Source: Fibrobacteria bacterium (GTDB lineage: Bacteria > Fibrobacterota > Fibrobacteria > UBA11236). Taken from it: a DNA stretch of 64,000 bases. The notes below the pieces were generated by a model, which worked only from the letters and a program-made list of their open reading frames with translations, had not been told where the DNA came from and did not search any database. Every line of letters begins with the position of its first letter. The stretch's first letter is position 1. The translations under genes and the position numbers were made by a program. This document shows positions 40,822 to 50,414 of this stretch, piece by piece. The DNA is taken from positions 1-64,000 of the forward strand of contig JBGTHM010000014.1 in the NCBI GenBank assembly GCA_041746255.1. Direction: 5' to 3'.

Positions 40822-42882
40822 ATGGGGTTCCCACGGAATAGTCGCTACGTGACATGGCAGTGGTTCAAGCGCCTGGCTTTGATTCCGGCCTTGGCCAGTT
40901 TAATCTGCGCAGCCCTTTTTCTTTCCGCGTCCCGGTCGCTGCCTCCGTTGGAAAACCTCGACCAGATACAGCCCAGCTTTGTCACCCGCCTCTACGACAA
41001 AAACGGCGAACTCGCCGAAGAACTTTTCGCGCAACGCCGCATCTACCTTCCCATTGAGAAAATGCCTCCGGTTCTCCTCGATGCCGTGATGGCGGTGGAA
41101 GACCGGGAGTTTTTCCGCCATTGGGGAGTCGACCTCTCCGCCATTCCCGCGGCGGCCCTGCAAGGCCTGACGGGTCGCATGCGGGGAGCTTCCACCCTGA
41201 CGCAACAACTGGCGAAAAATCTGTTCCTGACGCCGGAACGATCGATGATGCGAAAGGTTAAGGAGATTCTGGTCGCGATACGCATCGAGCAAACCTATAC
41301 CAAACGGCAAATCATGGAGATGTATCTCAACCAAGTGTATCTGGGCGGAGGCGCCTATGGCTTTCAGGCGGCTTCGGAAAGGTATTTTTCACGCCCTCTC
41401 GATTCACTGGGAGTAGCCGACTATGCGCTGCTCGCGGGGTTGTTGCAACGCCCTGCCTTTCTGCGGCCGGATAAACATCCCGAAAGAGCGGTGTCCAGGC
41501 GTAATGTGGTATTGCGGGCGATGGCCGCCTCCGGATATTTAACCGAGGGTGAATATCGCGAATTGAGTTCCTTACCTCCCCGCCTGGACCCGCGTTCGGA
41601 GCTGCGCTTGGCCAAGGCCCCCTACTTCAGTGAAACGGTGAGGATTAATCTGGCGCATCAGTGGGGAGAAGGATTTCTCGACAGCGCCGGATTGGAAGTG
41701 CATACCACGCTTGATTTGCGTGTGCAGGCTGACGTCGATTCGGCCTTGCAACGCAGATTAAAGCGGCTGCGTACGCCTAAACGGCCTGTGCAGGGGGCGG
41801 TGGTGGTTATCGACAATGCCACGGGCGGAGTGGTGGCCTTGGCGGGGGGAGAAAATTTTTTCCGTTCCAATTTCAATCGAGCCGTGCAAGCGCGCCGGCA
41901 ACCGGGATCCGCCTTCAAGCCCGTGGTATTCGCCGCAGCCATCGAAATGGGCGAAAGCCCGGGGAGTTTGGTTGACGATCATCCCATCGCCATTCCCGAT
42001 CCCGGCAAACCGGGCAAAGTGTGGGAGCCGGGGAATATCGAAGGCAACTTCGAAGGGGTGATGAGTTTCCGCAAGGCGCTGTACCGCTCCCGGAATATTC
42101 CCGCCATTATCATCGCTCAGGAAACCGGTCTCGACACCGTGGCCGGGTTCGCCCGACGTTTCGGAATGACGGGCGAAATCAAACCGCTACCCTCTTTGGG
42201 AATAGGCGCAGCGGAAAGCAGTTTGCTCGAGATGACTGCGGCCTATAGCGTCTTTCCCAACGAAGGCCTCTTACGGCCCCCCTATTTTCTGGAAAAGGTC
42301 AGCGACAGAAATGGTCATGTGCTGTTTCAAAACGTGCAATTGCAAAGCCGGGTGCTGAAGAGCGAAACGGCTTGGTTGCTCACCGACATGCTACGAGACG
42401 TCAATGTGCGAGGCACCGCCGCCGCCATTTGGGCCGGCGGCTTCCGGCATCCATCCGGCGGCAAAACCGGCACCACCAATGATTATCGCGACGCTTGGTA
42501 CATCGGCTTCACCCGGAAATATACGGTAGGGGTTTGGTTAGGATTGGATGATTTCGCTTCGATGGGGAATAGCGTTACCGGTACCAGCGCAGCGGTTCCG
42601 ATTTGGATAGACGTTATGAAAAATCTGCATCGGGGTATTCCCCAGGAAAATTTTCTTCGTCCCGCCGGCTTGGAAGAGGCGACTTTCTGCGCGCTGACGG
42701 GCAAGCGGGCCCAATCCTTCTGTGACAGCTCCTACACCGATTGGCGCGTCCGCGGAGGCGCCTGGCAGGATTGCCTGCGCGAGGCGCATGGGTTCTGGGA
42801 CAGGGTGCCGGGAGTCAAAGGCGTGCGTAATTTTTTCAAGCGCCTTTTCGGAGGCGAAAAAGACGCGGCTCCCAAGCGCTAA
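40822..42882 (+). CDS. Class A penicillin-binding protein (PBP1A family), copy 2
   Basis: EDREFFRHWG, GASTLTQQLAKN, RKVKE; SAFK, SRN, KTG. Confidence 0.95.
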   Translation: MGFPRNSRYVTWQWFKRLALIPALASLICAALFLSASRSLPPLENLDQIQPSFVTRLYDKNGELAEELFAQRRIYLPIEKMPPVLLDAVMAVEDREFFRHWGVDLSAIPAAALQGLTGRMRGASTLTQQLAKNLFLTPERSMMRKVKEILVAIRIEQTYTKRQIMEMYLNQVYLGGGAYGFQAASERYFSRPLDSLGVADYALLAGLLQRPAFLRPDKHPERAVSRRNVVLRAMAASGYLTEGEYRELSSLPPRLDPRSELRLAKAPYFSETVRINLAHQWGEGFLDSAGLEVHTTLDLRVQADVDSALQRRLKRLRTPKRPVQGAVVVIDNATGGVVALAGGENFFRSNFNRAVQARRQPGSAFKPVVFAAAIEMGESPGSLVDDHPIAIPDPGKPGKVWEPGNIEGNFEGVMSFRKALYRSRNIPAIIIAQETGLDTVAGFARRFGMTGEIKPLPSLGIGAAESSLLEMTAAYSVFPNEGLLRPPYFLEKVSDRNGHVLFQNVQLQSRVLKSETAWLLTDMLRDVNVRGTAAAIWAGGFRHPSGGKTGTTNDYRDAWYIGFTRKYTVGVWLGLDDFASMGNSVTGTSAAVPIWIDVMKNLHRGIPQENFLRPAGLEEATFCALTGKRAQSFCDSSYTDWRVRGGAWQDCLREAHGFWDRVPGVKGVRNFFKRLFGGEKDAAPKR

Positions 42883-42900
42883 TTGGTACCTTTTTTTGGC

Positions 42901-43776
42901 ATGCTGAAACGAGATTATCTGAGCTGGTGGTTTCGCCCCGCCTTCCTGCGTAGCTGGGGTAACCGATCGGATACCCTCTTCGCGGGCCCATGGGTGGGGG
43001 AGTTCGGCTGGGAGCTTTTGAACTGGCAGGGATTCCTGCGCAAACTGAGCCGAAACTATGTGCGCACCATCGTCTGTTGCCGCAAAGGCAGCGCCGCCCT
43101 CTACGCCGATTTTACGGATTCATTCGTCTTTCATGAATTGCGCGGAACTCCGGAGGCGAATGCCTTGCGGGAGTCGCCCGATAAAACGGCCATGGACGCG
43201 CTGTTATCGAATATCCCGCACGGCGCGAACTGGTTACGCCCGCTGGGTTACCAACCCTGGTCGCGACAGGAATTCATCCGCTTCGGAACCCCAAGGGAAG
43301 ATTTGACTTGCGATATCGTCTTTCACCCTCGCGGAAGAGGCTTCGGAACGGATCGCAATTGGCCGGCGCATAAGTGGTCGTCCCTCATCGGGAAATTGCA
43401 TGACCAGGGCTATCGGATTTCCTGTATCGGATTGCCGGGGCAAACCTTGGATATCGAAGGACCGTTCACCGATTACCGTGGACTTCCTTTGGATAAGACC
43501 ATGGACTTGCTGGCCTCGGCCCGCCTGGTGCTGGGGCCTTCATCGGGACCCATGCATCTGGCCGCCCTATGCGGAACGCCCCACTTGGTGTGGACCGACA
43601 AGGGACGCTATGCGCGTGGCCGTACCAACCGCGACAAATACGAATGGTGGTGGAATCCGCTGGGAACGCCCGTGCGCGTTCTGGACGAAGATGGATTCGA
43701 TCCTTCCGTTGAAAGAGTTTTGCGGACCGTAGACGATTTTATCTCGGGGATCGCGACACCCGGCAAAATGGATTAA
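42901..43776 (+). CDS. GT9 (heptosyltransferase)-like glycosyltransferase
   Basis: RNWPAHKW, LVLGPSSGPMHLAALCGTP; atypical N-terminus GPWVGEFGWEL. Confidence 0.7.
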   Translation: MLKRDYLSWWFRPAFLRSWGNRSDTLFAGPWVGEFGWELLNWQGFLRKLSRNYVRTIVCCRKGSAALYADFTDSFVFHELRGTPEANALRESPDKTAMDALLSNIPHGANWLRPLGYQPWSRQEFIRFGTPREDLTCDIVFHPRGRGFGTDRNWPAHKWSSLIGKLHDQGYRISCIGLPGQTLDIEGPFTDYRGLPLDKTMDLLASARLVLGPSSGPMHLAALCGTPHLVWTDKGRYARGRTNRDKYEWWWNPLGTPVRVLDEDGFDPSVERVLRTVDDFISGIATPGKMD

Positions 43777-44630
43777 ACCGTAAATTCCATCTGTTCACGA
43801 GCGAACACCACTTTGATGGACGGTTCGCGGACTGCGCAGGTATCCACCACCTTTTTTTCCAGGGCGGTGAGAAAATCATCGTCGTGATCGGGGTCGTGGT
43901 GGAATACACACAGTTTTTTCACTCCCGCCGCCTGCGCGATTTCAAAACCTTTTTCCCAGGTGGAATGCCCCCAACCTTTAAAGTGGGAGTCGTACTCTTC
44001 GGGAGTGTACATACCGTCATAGATCATTAAGTCGGCGTTTTGGGCCAAGGCTACGATATTCTTGTCCGGACCCTTTTCGGCATGCTCCGTGTCGGTGGCA
44101 TAAACCACGGAAGCGCCCGTGGACTTCTCCGTAAGCTTATAGACGGTGACTCCATTGGGATGTCTTCCCAGGGTATGGCTGATTGCGCCCAGGGGTTTTT
44201 CGTCCAGGCTCCTTATTTCTTCCGTTTTATCCGGAGTCAAATCGCGATAAGTAATCGTGGCATTCAAATCCGTTAAGGATACGGGAAAATTGGGTCCTTC
44301 CATCTGGCCGGCCAGTATTTGGCGCAGGGACGCCTCCGCCTGGCCGCGGCCATGCACTTTGATGTGGAAACCCTCCACATAATTGGGCGCGAAAAAGGGA
44401 AAGCCTTGAATATGATCCCAATGTAAATGGCTCAAGAAAAGATCGATTCCCGGCTTGGCATTTCTAGCGAGTAAATCCTTTCCCAGCAAGCGGATGCCGG
44501 TACCCGAATCGAAAATGACGACATGACCCTCCAATTCCGCCGAAACGCAGGAGGTATTCCCACCGAACTCGACAGTTTTACGGGAAGGCGTGGCGATGCT
44601 ACCCCGGACACCCCAGAACTTAATTTTCAT
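43773..44630 (-). CDS. MBL-fold metallo-hydrolase
   Basis: FWGVRGSI, GGNTSC, SHLHWDHIQG, TDTEH, GWGHS, FHHDP. Confidence 0.9.
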   Translation of the reverse strand: MKIKFWGVRGSIATPSRKTVEFGGNTSCVSAELEGHVVIFDSGTGIRLLGKDLLARNAKPGIDLFLSHLHWDHIQGFPFFAPNYVEGFHIKVHGRGQAEASLRQILAGQMEGPNFPVSLTDLNATITYRDLTPDKTEEIRSLDEKPLGAISHTLGRHPNGVTVYKLTEKSTGASVVYATDTEHAEKGPDKNIVALAQNADLMIYDGMYTPEEYDSHFKGWGHSTWEKGFEIAQAAGVKKLCVFHHDPDHDDDFLTALEKKVVDTCAVREPSIKVVFAREQMEFTV

Positions 44631-44745
44631 CCAGACTCATCCTTGCGTCTGCCGAGTCCTATTACGGCTTATGAACATTTTGACATTGTACCCCATTTTG
44701 GGAGAATTTCCCAAGCTGGAATCCATTTTGGGGGAAAATAAGCTT

Positions 44746-46464
44746 TTACTTACGATGTTTGTCGGTTTCGCTATAGAAGCTATCAAGGCGAGCCATGACT
44801 TCTTGGCGGGAAACTTTAGAGAAATCCGCTTCGCCCCGCACTTTCCATTCTACTTCCTGGGTGGCCAAGGTCTTTTTACTCAGAGCCAGCCGCACAGGAA
44901 TTCCCCATAAATCGGCATCTTTGAATTTGACCCCGGGCCGCTCGTCCCGGTCGTCGAGCAGCACTTCATAGCCTTTCGCTTCCAGTTCCTTGACGATGCT
45001 TTCGGCTTCTTCCATGACTTCGGTGTCCATGCCGATGGTCACCAGAAGAACGTGGAAGGGCGCGAGCGGGGGCGGCCAGATGGGACCGAAAGCGTCGTGG
45101 CTGTTTTCCGCCACGGCCGCCATCAGCCTGCCGATGCCGATACCATAACAGCCCATGGTGGGAATTTGTTGTTGCCCTTTTTCGTCCAAAAAGCCGGCGC
45201 CCATGCTTTCCGTGAATTTTCGCCCCAACTTGAAAATATTACCGATTTCGATGCCCCGAACCGCACGCAGCCGGCTGGTTCCATTTACCTGCTTATGGCC
45301 GCTTTGGGCCAGGGCGAAATCACCCACCGAATCGACGTGAAAATCCCGGTTCAGATTGGCGTTGAGCAGATGGTAGCCTTCTTCATTCGCGCCGATGACG
45401 AAATTTGATCCTTCGGCCAGGGAAATGTCGGCTAATACGCGGAGGTTTGCATTTGTAGCCACTCCATGCGAGGAAGCGTAGCCGGGTACGATGCCGAATT
45501 TCCGGATGAAATCTTCGGAAGCGGGTAAGAGAATCGAGGAATGCAGGAAGTTTTTCACTTTCACTTCCGCCACTTCCAAATCCCCGCGAATCATCACCAG
45601 AACCAATTGTCCCGCATGATCAAAAAAGACGGCCTTGGCGGTTTGGCGCTTCTCCAACCCCAACAGGTTGCAAACCTCTTCGATGGTCTTTTTCCCGGGA
45701 GTGGCCTTTTTCTCCAAGGTCAACGGGGGTTCGCTTTGCGACTCCCTATCGAAAACCGCGATTTCCTGATTGGCGGAATAAGTTCCATCCTCGGACAGAA
45801 TGAGATAGTCCTCTCCATGCGGGCTTTCCAACATGAATTCATGCGCGAGTTTCCCCCCCATGATACCCGTATCGGATTGAACAATAATGGGATTGATTCC
45901 CATACGGGAAAATATTCTCTGGTAGGCGGCGAAGGCCTGGTCGTAATAGGCATCCAAGTCCGCATCGGAGACATGAAAACTGTAGGCGTCCTTCATGACG
46001 AATTCGCGTACGCGAATCAGGCCTCCCCGGGAACGGGGTTCGTCCCGGAATTTCAGCTTGAACTGGTAGATCATGAACGGCAATTGTTTATACGAAGACA
46101 AAACGCTGCGGGCCAAATCGGTAATGGCCTCTTCATGGGTCATGGCCAGCACCATGTCATGCCCCGATCTGTCTTTGAAGCGCAATAATTCCGGCCCGAT
46201 GGCATCGTAGCGACCCGATTCCTGCCAGATTTCGCAGGGTTGGGCCAGGGGTAGATCCACCTCCTGGCCGGAAATGGCGTTCATCTCTTCGCGGATAATG
46301 GTTTCAATGCGGTTGAGAATGCGCTTTCCGAGAGGCAGCACCGAATAAAGCCCGGAAGCCAGTTGCTTGATATATCCGCCTCGGAGCAGGTAGATGTGAC
46401 TGGGCATTTCGGCCCCGGCGGGATTTTCCCGCAGGGTTTTGACTAGGAGTTGGGATATTTTCAT
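44746..46464 (-). CDS. proS: Proline--tRNA ligase (bacterial type with editing domain)
   Basis: WQESGRY, MTHEE, FRDEPRSRGGLIRVREF, MKDAYSF, GIEIGNIFKLG, MGCYGIG. Confidence 0.97.
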   Translation of the reverse strand: MKISQLLVKTLRENPAGAEMPSHIYLLRGGYIKQLASGLYSVLPLGKRILNRIETIIREEMNAISGQEVDLPLAQPCEIWQESGRYDAIGPELLRFKDRSGHDMVLAMTHEEAITDLARSVLSSYKQLPFMIYQFKLKFRDEPRSRGGLIRVREFVMKDAYSFHVSDADLDAYYDQAFAAYQRIFSRMGINPIIVQSDTGIMGGKLAHEFMLESPHGEDYLILSEDGTYSANQEIAVFDRESQSEPPLTLEKKATPGKKTIEEVCNLLGLEKRQTAKAVFFDHAGQLVLVMIRGDLEVAEVKVKNFLHSSILLPASEDFIRKFGIVPGYASSHGVATNANLRVLADISLAEGSNFVIGANEEGYHLLNANLNRDFHVDSVGDFALAQSGHKQVNGTSRLRAVRGIEIGNIFKLGRKFTESMGAGFLDEKGQQQIPTMGCYGIGIGRLMAAVAENSHDAFGPIWPPPLAPFHVLLVTIGMDTEVMEEAESIVKELEAKGYEVLLDDRDERPGVKFKDADLWGIPVRLALSKKTLATQEVEWKVRGEADFSKVSRQEVMARLDSFYSETDKHRK

Positions 46465-46553
46465 TCCCAAATAATAAAAACTTCACGAATACCGCAGAAT
46501 AGTGACAAGGGAGGCCGCCACCGGATAGAATCGGTACGGAGAAATCGATCCCT

Positions 46554-46967
46554 ATGTTGTCTCGGATTGCCCAAGTATTTTCCTCCTACGGGGTCTGGCC
46601 AATTGGTCCCAGCCAGGAAAGTCCCTACTCTTCCCCGGAAGTTCAGGTTCCCGCCCAGGGATTTGCCCAGGAAGCCTTTAAATTGGAACTGAGCCGGGGA
46701 ATCGGAACGCTAACGCCTGTAGAGGGGGCGACCAAAACCCAGAACCCGCCCTATTCACAGGCGACTGCTCCACCCCCAAGCCCATCAACCTATAGCCCCC
46801 CGGTTCTTGCCCTTGCCTCTCAGGCACCCGTTCAGCCGCCTAAAGATAGTGCCGGTAATAATGGGGCGAATCCCACCTCGGCCAATAAGCTTCCCGGTTT
46901 TGCCGCCTATGCGGGTGAAAACAGCCGGTCATCCGGAAATTCCTCCCGGCTCGATTTCTACGCCTGA
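46554..46967 (+). CDS. Pro/Ser-rich hypothetical protein ending RLDFYA
   Basis: ORF with upstream GGAG; low-complexity body. Confidence 0.55.
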   Translation: MLSRIAQVFSSYGVWPIGPSQESPYSSPEVQVPAQGFAQEAFKLELSRGIGTLTPVEGATKTQNPPYSQATAPPPSPSTYSPPVLALASQAPVQPPKDSAGNNGANPTSANKLPGFAAYAGENSRSSGNSSRLDFYA

Positions 46968-47024
46968 AATTATTAGGTATTTTTCCCGATTACACCCCGG
47001 TTTTCGGGGTCGGGAGCCTAATTT

Positions 47025-47558
47025 ATGACCTTGAAGCAGGAGCCGTCATCGGCACAAAACCCCTCCGCCGGCAGTAAAGCCTTGGTGGGCATTATCATGG
47101 GGAGCATCTCGGACCGGGACACCATGATCGGCGCGGCTCAAATTCTCGACGCCATGCAAATCCCTTATGAAATGCAGGTGGTTTCGGCCCATCGCACTCC
47201 CATGCTGATGGTAGAGTATGCAACCTCGGCCAAAGCGCGTGGGTTGGAGGTTTTGATTGCCGGCGCGGGAGGCGCGGCGCATCTTCCCGGAATGACGGCT
47301 TCGCTGACGCCTCTTCCGGTTATCGGAGTTCCCGTGCAATCGAAGACATTGAACGGCATGGATTCGCTGCTATCCATCGTGCAAATGCCGGCCGGAATCC
47401 CGGTGGCGACCATGGCTATCGGAAACGCAAAGAATGCCGCCTTGCTGGCCGCACGCATTTTGGCGCTCAAATACCCGGCCATAGCCGAAGCGGTGGACCG
47501 GCATATCCAAGCCCAAGAAGCTGAGGTCCGCATTATGCGCGAAGAGATGGGCCGATAG
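47025..47558 (+). CDS. purE: N5-CAIR mutase
   Basis: [39 protein letters not shown]. Confidence 0.97.
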   Translation: MTLKQEPSSAQNPSAGSKALVGIIMGSISDRDTMIGAAQILDAMQIPYEMQVVSAHRTPMLMVEYATSAKARGLEVLIAGAGGAAHLPGMTASLTPLPVIGVPVQSKTLNGMDSLLSIVQMPAGIPVATMAIGNAKNAALLAARILALKYPAIAEAVDRHIQAQEAEVRIMREEMGR

Positions 47559-48697
47559 TGGCTGCGATTTTACCCGGTAGCACCATCGGTATGTTGGGTG
47601 GCGGCCAATTGGGGAGAATGTTCGCCTTGGCTGCACGCAACCTCGGCTATCGCATCATTACTCTGGAGCCCGAACCCGATTCCCCTTGCGGGCAGGTCGC
47701 CGATGCTCAAATCACCGCGCCCTACGACGATAGCGCGGGCCTGAGGCATTTGGCGGAAATGTGCGATGTCATCACTTTGGAATTCGAAAATGTTCCCAGC
47801 GCGGCGATAAAAACTTTGGAAAGCCTGAAGAAGCCGGTGCATCCCGGAAGCGGCTTGTTGAAAATCACTCAAAACCGATTTCTGGAAAAGTCCTTTTCGC
47901 TGGACGCGGGGGTGGTTCCCACGGCCTTCGCGAAATTACGCGCGAAGGAAGACCTGGAGACTTCCGCCCGGGAGATTGGGTTACCCGCCGTTATCAAAAC
48001 CACCATGGGCGGTTACGATGGGAAGGGCCAATGGGTGGTTTCCAGTTTGGAAGAGGCGCAAAAAGCCTGGGATGAGGCCCACGGCCAGGAATTGATCTGG
48101 GAGAAAAAGGTCGATTTCGTCAAGGAATTGAGCGTGGTTTGCGCCCGCAATTCCGTCGGGGAGGTGAAAGCCTATCCGGTTTCGGAGAATATCCATAGAC
48201 GCAATGTATTGGATCTTTCCATCGTCCCGGCGCGCATTCCGGAGGAGCAGGCGCGCGCCGCCCGCGAGGCGGCCTTGCGATTGGCGGAAGCTTTGGGGTT
48301 GGTCGGAGTTTTTTGTGTTGAGTTTTTCCTGCTTGCCAATGGCGACCTGCTGCTGAATGAGATGGCTCCTCGCCCGCATAATTCCGGCCATTATACTTTG
48401 GACGCCTGTATGTGTTCGCAATTCGAACAACAATTGCGCGCCGTATGCGGCCTACCGCTGGGATCCGTAGAACTGCTTCGCTCCGCCGTGATGGTGAATA
48501 TCATGGGGGAAGGAACCGGCGATCGGCTCACGGGCACGGAGTCGCTGCTGGCGGATCCCGCGGTGAGCCTGCATCTCTACGGGAAAAAAGGCGCCAAGCC
48601 GGGACGGAAAATGGGCCACTTCACCGTATTGGGTAGCGATGTTGACGAAGCTTTAGGCAAAGCCCACAAGCTTCGTCAACTGCTGACTTGGTCTTGA
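47558..48697 (+). CDS. purK: N5-CAIR synthetase
   Basis: GGGQLGRM, EFENVP, GYDGKGQ, NEMAPRPHNSGH, YGK..RKMGH. Confidence 0.97.
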   Translation: MAAILPGSTIGMLGGGQLGRMFALAARNLGYRIITLEPEPDSPCGQVADAQITAPYDDSAGLRHLAEMCDVITLEFENVPSAAIKTLESLKKPVHPGSGLLKITQNRFLEKSFSLDAGVVPTAFAKLRAKEDLETSAREIGLPAVIKTTMGGYDGKGQWVVSSLEEAQKAWDEAHGQELIWEKKVDFVKELSVVCARNSVGEVKAYPVSENIHRRNVLDLSIVPARIPEEQARAAREAALRLAEALGLVGVFCVEFFLLANGDLLLNEMAPRPHNSGHYTLDACMCSQFEQQLRAVCGLPLGSVELLRSAVMVNIMGEGTGDRLTGTESLLADPAVSLHLYGKKGAKPGRKMGHFTVLGSDVDEALGKAHKLRQLLTWS

Positions 48698-48895
48698 TGA
48701 ACCCACCTGGGAATGGGGTGACGGGAACTACACCGCTTTAGGTATTGGGATTTATTGGATCCTCTTCAGTTTATTCTGTTCCACGTGAATTCCGTTCGTG
48801 TATTTGATCCAGACATTCCCTTCCAAAATTTAGATTGTACTAAAGTGGCGACAATCGGCCGGTGCGGCCGGAAATTCGCCCACAAGGGGTATCAC

Positions 48896-49417
48896 ATGGA
48901 CGTCAAGACGTTTGATAAAACCGACGAACTCGCGGACTTCGTATACGACGAGATATGCAATCTTCAGGAGAAAGAAGCGCTGGCCAAAATCGAGGCGAAA
49001 TTGAAAGAGGTCGCTGCGAATTTGCCGAAAGGGTATTCCATCGCATTAAACTTCACGCTCGAAATTATCGACGAACATCGGGAACGATCCCTGAAAACCT
49101 TGCAAACGGGACTTTGCTGTGAGCAGGGTCAGGATCCGCAATTCTCATCGGTAGGCGCCTCCCCCGCAAAATATGTGGTGGATGGAGCCATGATGAAGGT
49201 GCCGCATGATCATTGCCCCAATTGCTGGGCTTTCTGGGGCTTTAAATCCCGTACCAAAGAATGCCGTACTTGCGGATACCAATTGGGTCGTGAAGTGAAG
49301 TTGTTGTTGGATAGCAATGTCTGTCCTTTTTGCGAGAGCAGCGAAATCTCCCTTTCCCATCCCCGGTGCGGAAGGTGCGGCTACCACGCCGATACCGGCA
49401 TGGTCGTCTGGGGCTGA
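48896..49417 (+). CDS. Hypothetical double zinc-ribbon protein
   Basis: Four CxxC pairs (CPNC, CRTC, CPFC, CGRC); AAGGGG SD. Confidence 0.7.
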   Translation: MDVKTFDKTDELADFVYDEICNLQEKEALAKIEAKLKEVAANLPKGYSIALNFTLEIIDEHRERSLKTLQTGLCCEQGQDPQFSSVGASPAKYVVDGAMMKVPHDHCPNCWAFWGFKSRTKECRTCGYQLGREVKLLLDSNVCPFCESSEISLSHPRCGRCGYHADTGMVVWG

Positions 49418-49472
49418 CAGACTTTCATTGGCCATTCCCGCGCCATCCCCTATAATGGAAAAGGGAGGCATC

Positions 49473-49832
49473 ATGCAGGAAATCGACGAAATCGTCCATC
49501 GTCTCCGGCAAAGGGATTACGCCTTGAAGGATGTGCGTGAAGCCGCGGAAATCGTCGCGGGTTTGCAAAGCCGGGAGCAGATTCTCACCTTGTCGGAAAA
49601 ATTGCGTTGCGACCATTCCCGTCAGGTTCGCATCATGGGGTTGTGTTTGCTTAACGCCCTCGCGAACCAATATCCTCCCGCCCAAGCGGCATTGGGAAAA
49701 GCCTCCGCCGAAGAATCCCTCCATTTGGAAGCCATTAAGCGGCTGGATACGGGCGCCGAGCAAGTGACGACCTCTTATCCGGGTATGGTTTCCTTGATTA
49801 AATGCTGGTTGAAAGAATCCAAGGCCTCCTAA
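49473..49832 (+). CDS. Hypothetical helical protein
   Basis: Strong SD GGGAGG and upstream TATAAT. Confidence 0.6.
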   Translation: MQEIDEIVHRLRQRDYALKDVREAAEIVAGLQSREQILTLSEKLRCDHSRQVRIMGLCLLNALANQYPPAQAALGKASAEESLHLEAIKRLDTGAEQVTTSYPGMVSLIKCWLKESKAS

Positions 49833-49937
49833 GCGATTTTTGCAAATTCCCGATAATTTTGTGAGATTTCCTGCATCCTCCCGCTGTGGGAGGATTTGGT
49901 TGCGATTAACCCTTTTCGTGCCTTCAAGGAGAATCCC

Positions 49938-50372
49938 ATGAAAATTTTCCGGATTTTGGCTGGACTCGCCATTGTAGCGCTTCTTGCTTCCTGCGCCAGC
50001 CGTTCCGAACGGCCGGAGGTCGGCGGTTTCGTCACTTATGGTCTGTACTTTGCCAGTTTGCCTTCGGATCCCACGGTGACCTTCAGCCTTTCGCTGAGCC
50101 AGAACAAGACCTATACTAAAAGAAGGCATAAAGACGATTGTCTGCTCTCGGAAACAGGCGGTATTTGGAATGCTGATCATGAAGGGCTGGAATTTCATAT
50201 GGACCGCCTCCGTCATCGGGGAGATTGCGATTCGGCTTGGGAAGAAAAAAACGAGAAAAAGGTCAGTCGGAGATTCATTCGAGGAATGTCGGCAGCGTCC
50301 TTCGAATTGCTCGACGATGGCGATGGTTACATGGAGCCTGAATGGCTTACCTTCCGGAAGCGCAATCTGTAA
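49938..50372 (+). CDS. Hypothetical lipoprotein
   Basis: AAGGAG SD; lipobox LASC. Confidence 0.7.
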   Translation: MKIFRILAGLAIVALLASCASRSERPEVGGFVTYGLYFASLPSDPTVTFSLSLSQNKTYTKRRHKDDCLLSETGGIWNADHEGLEFHMDRLRHRGDCDSAWEEKNEKKVSRRFIRGMSAASFELLDDGDGYMEPEWLTFRKRNL

Positions 50373-50414
50373 TTTAAGATTGTCGAAGTTTGCCGGGAGG
50401 CGTTATCGGCTTTA

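Noticed and set aside
46501..46530. Sigma28 promoter upstream of 46554
   Set aside because: CAAG..CCGGATA spacing and sequence do not fit TAAA-N15-GCCGATAA
49425..50216. 263-aa minus-strand ORF
   Set aside because: Overlaps two + strand genes with strong SDs and a lipobox
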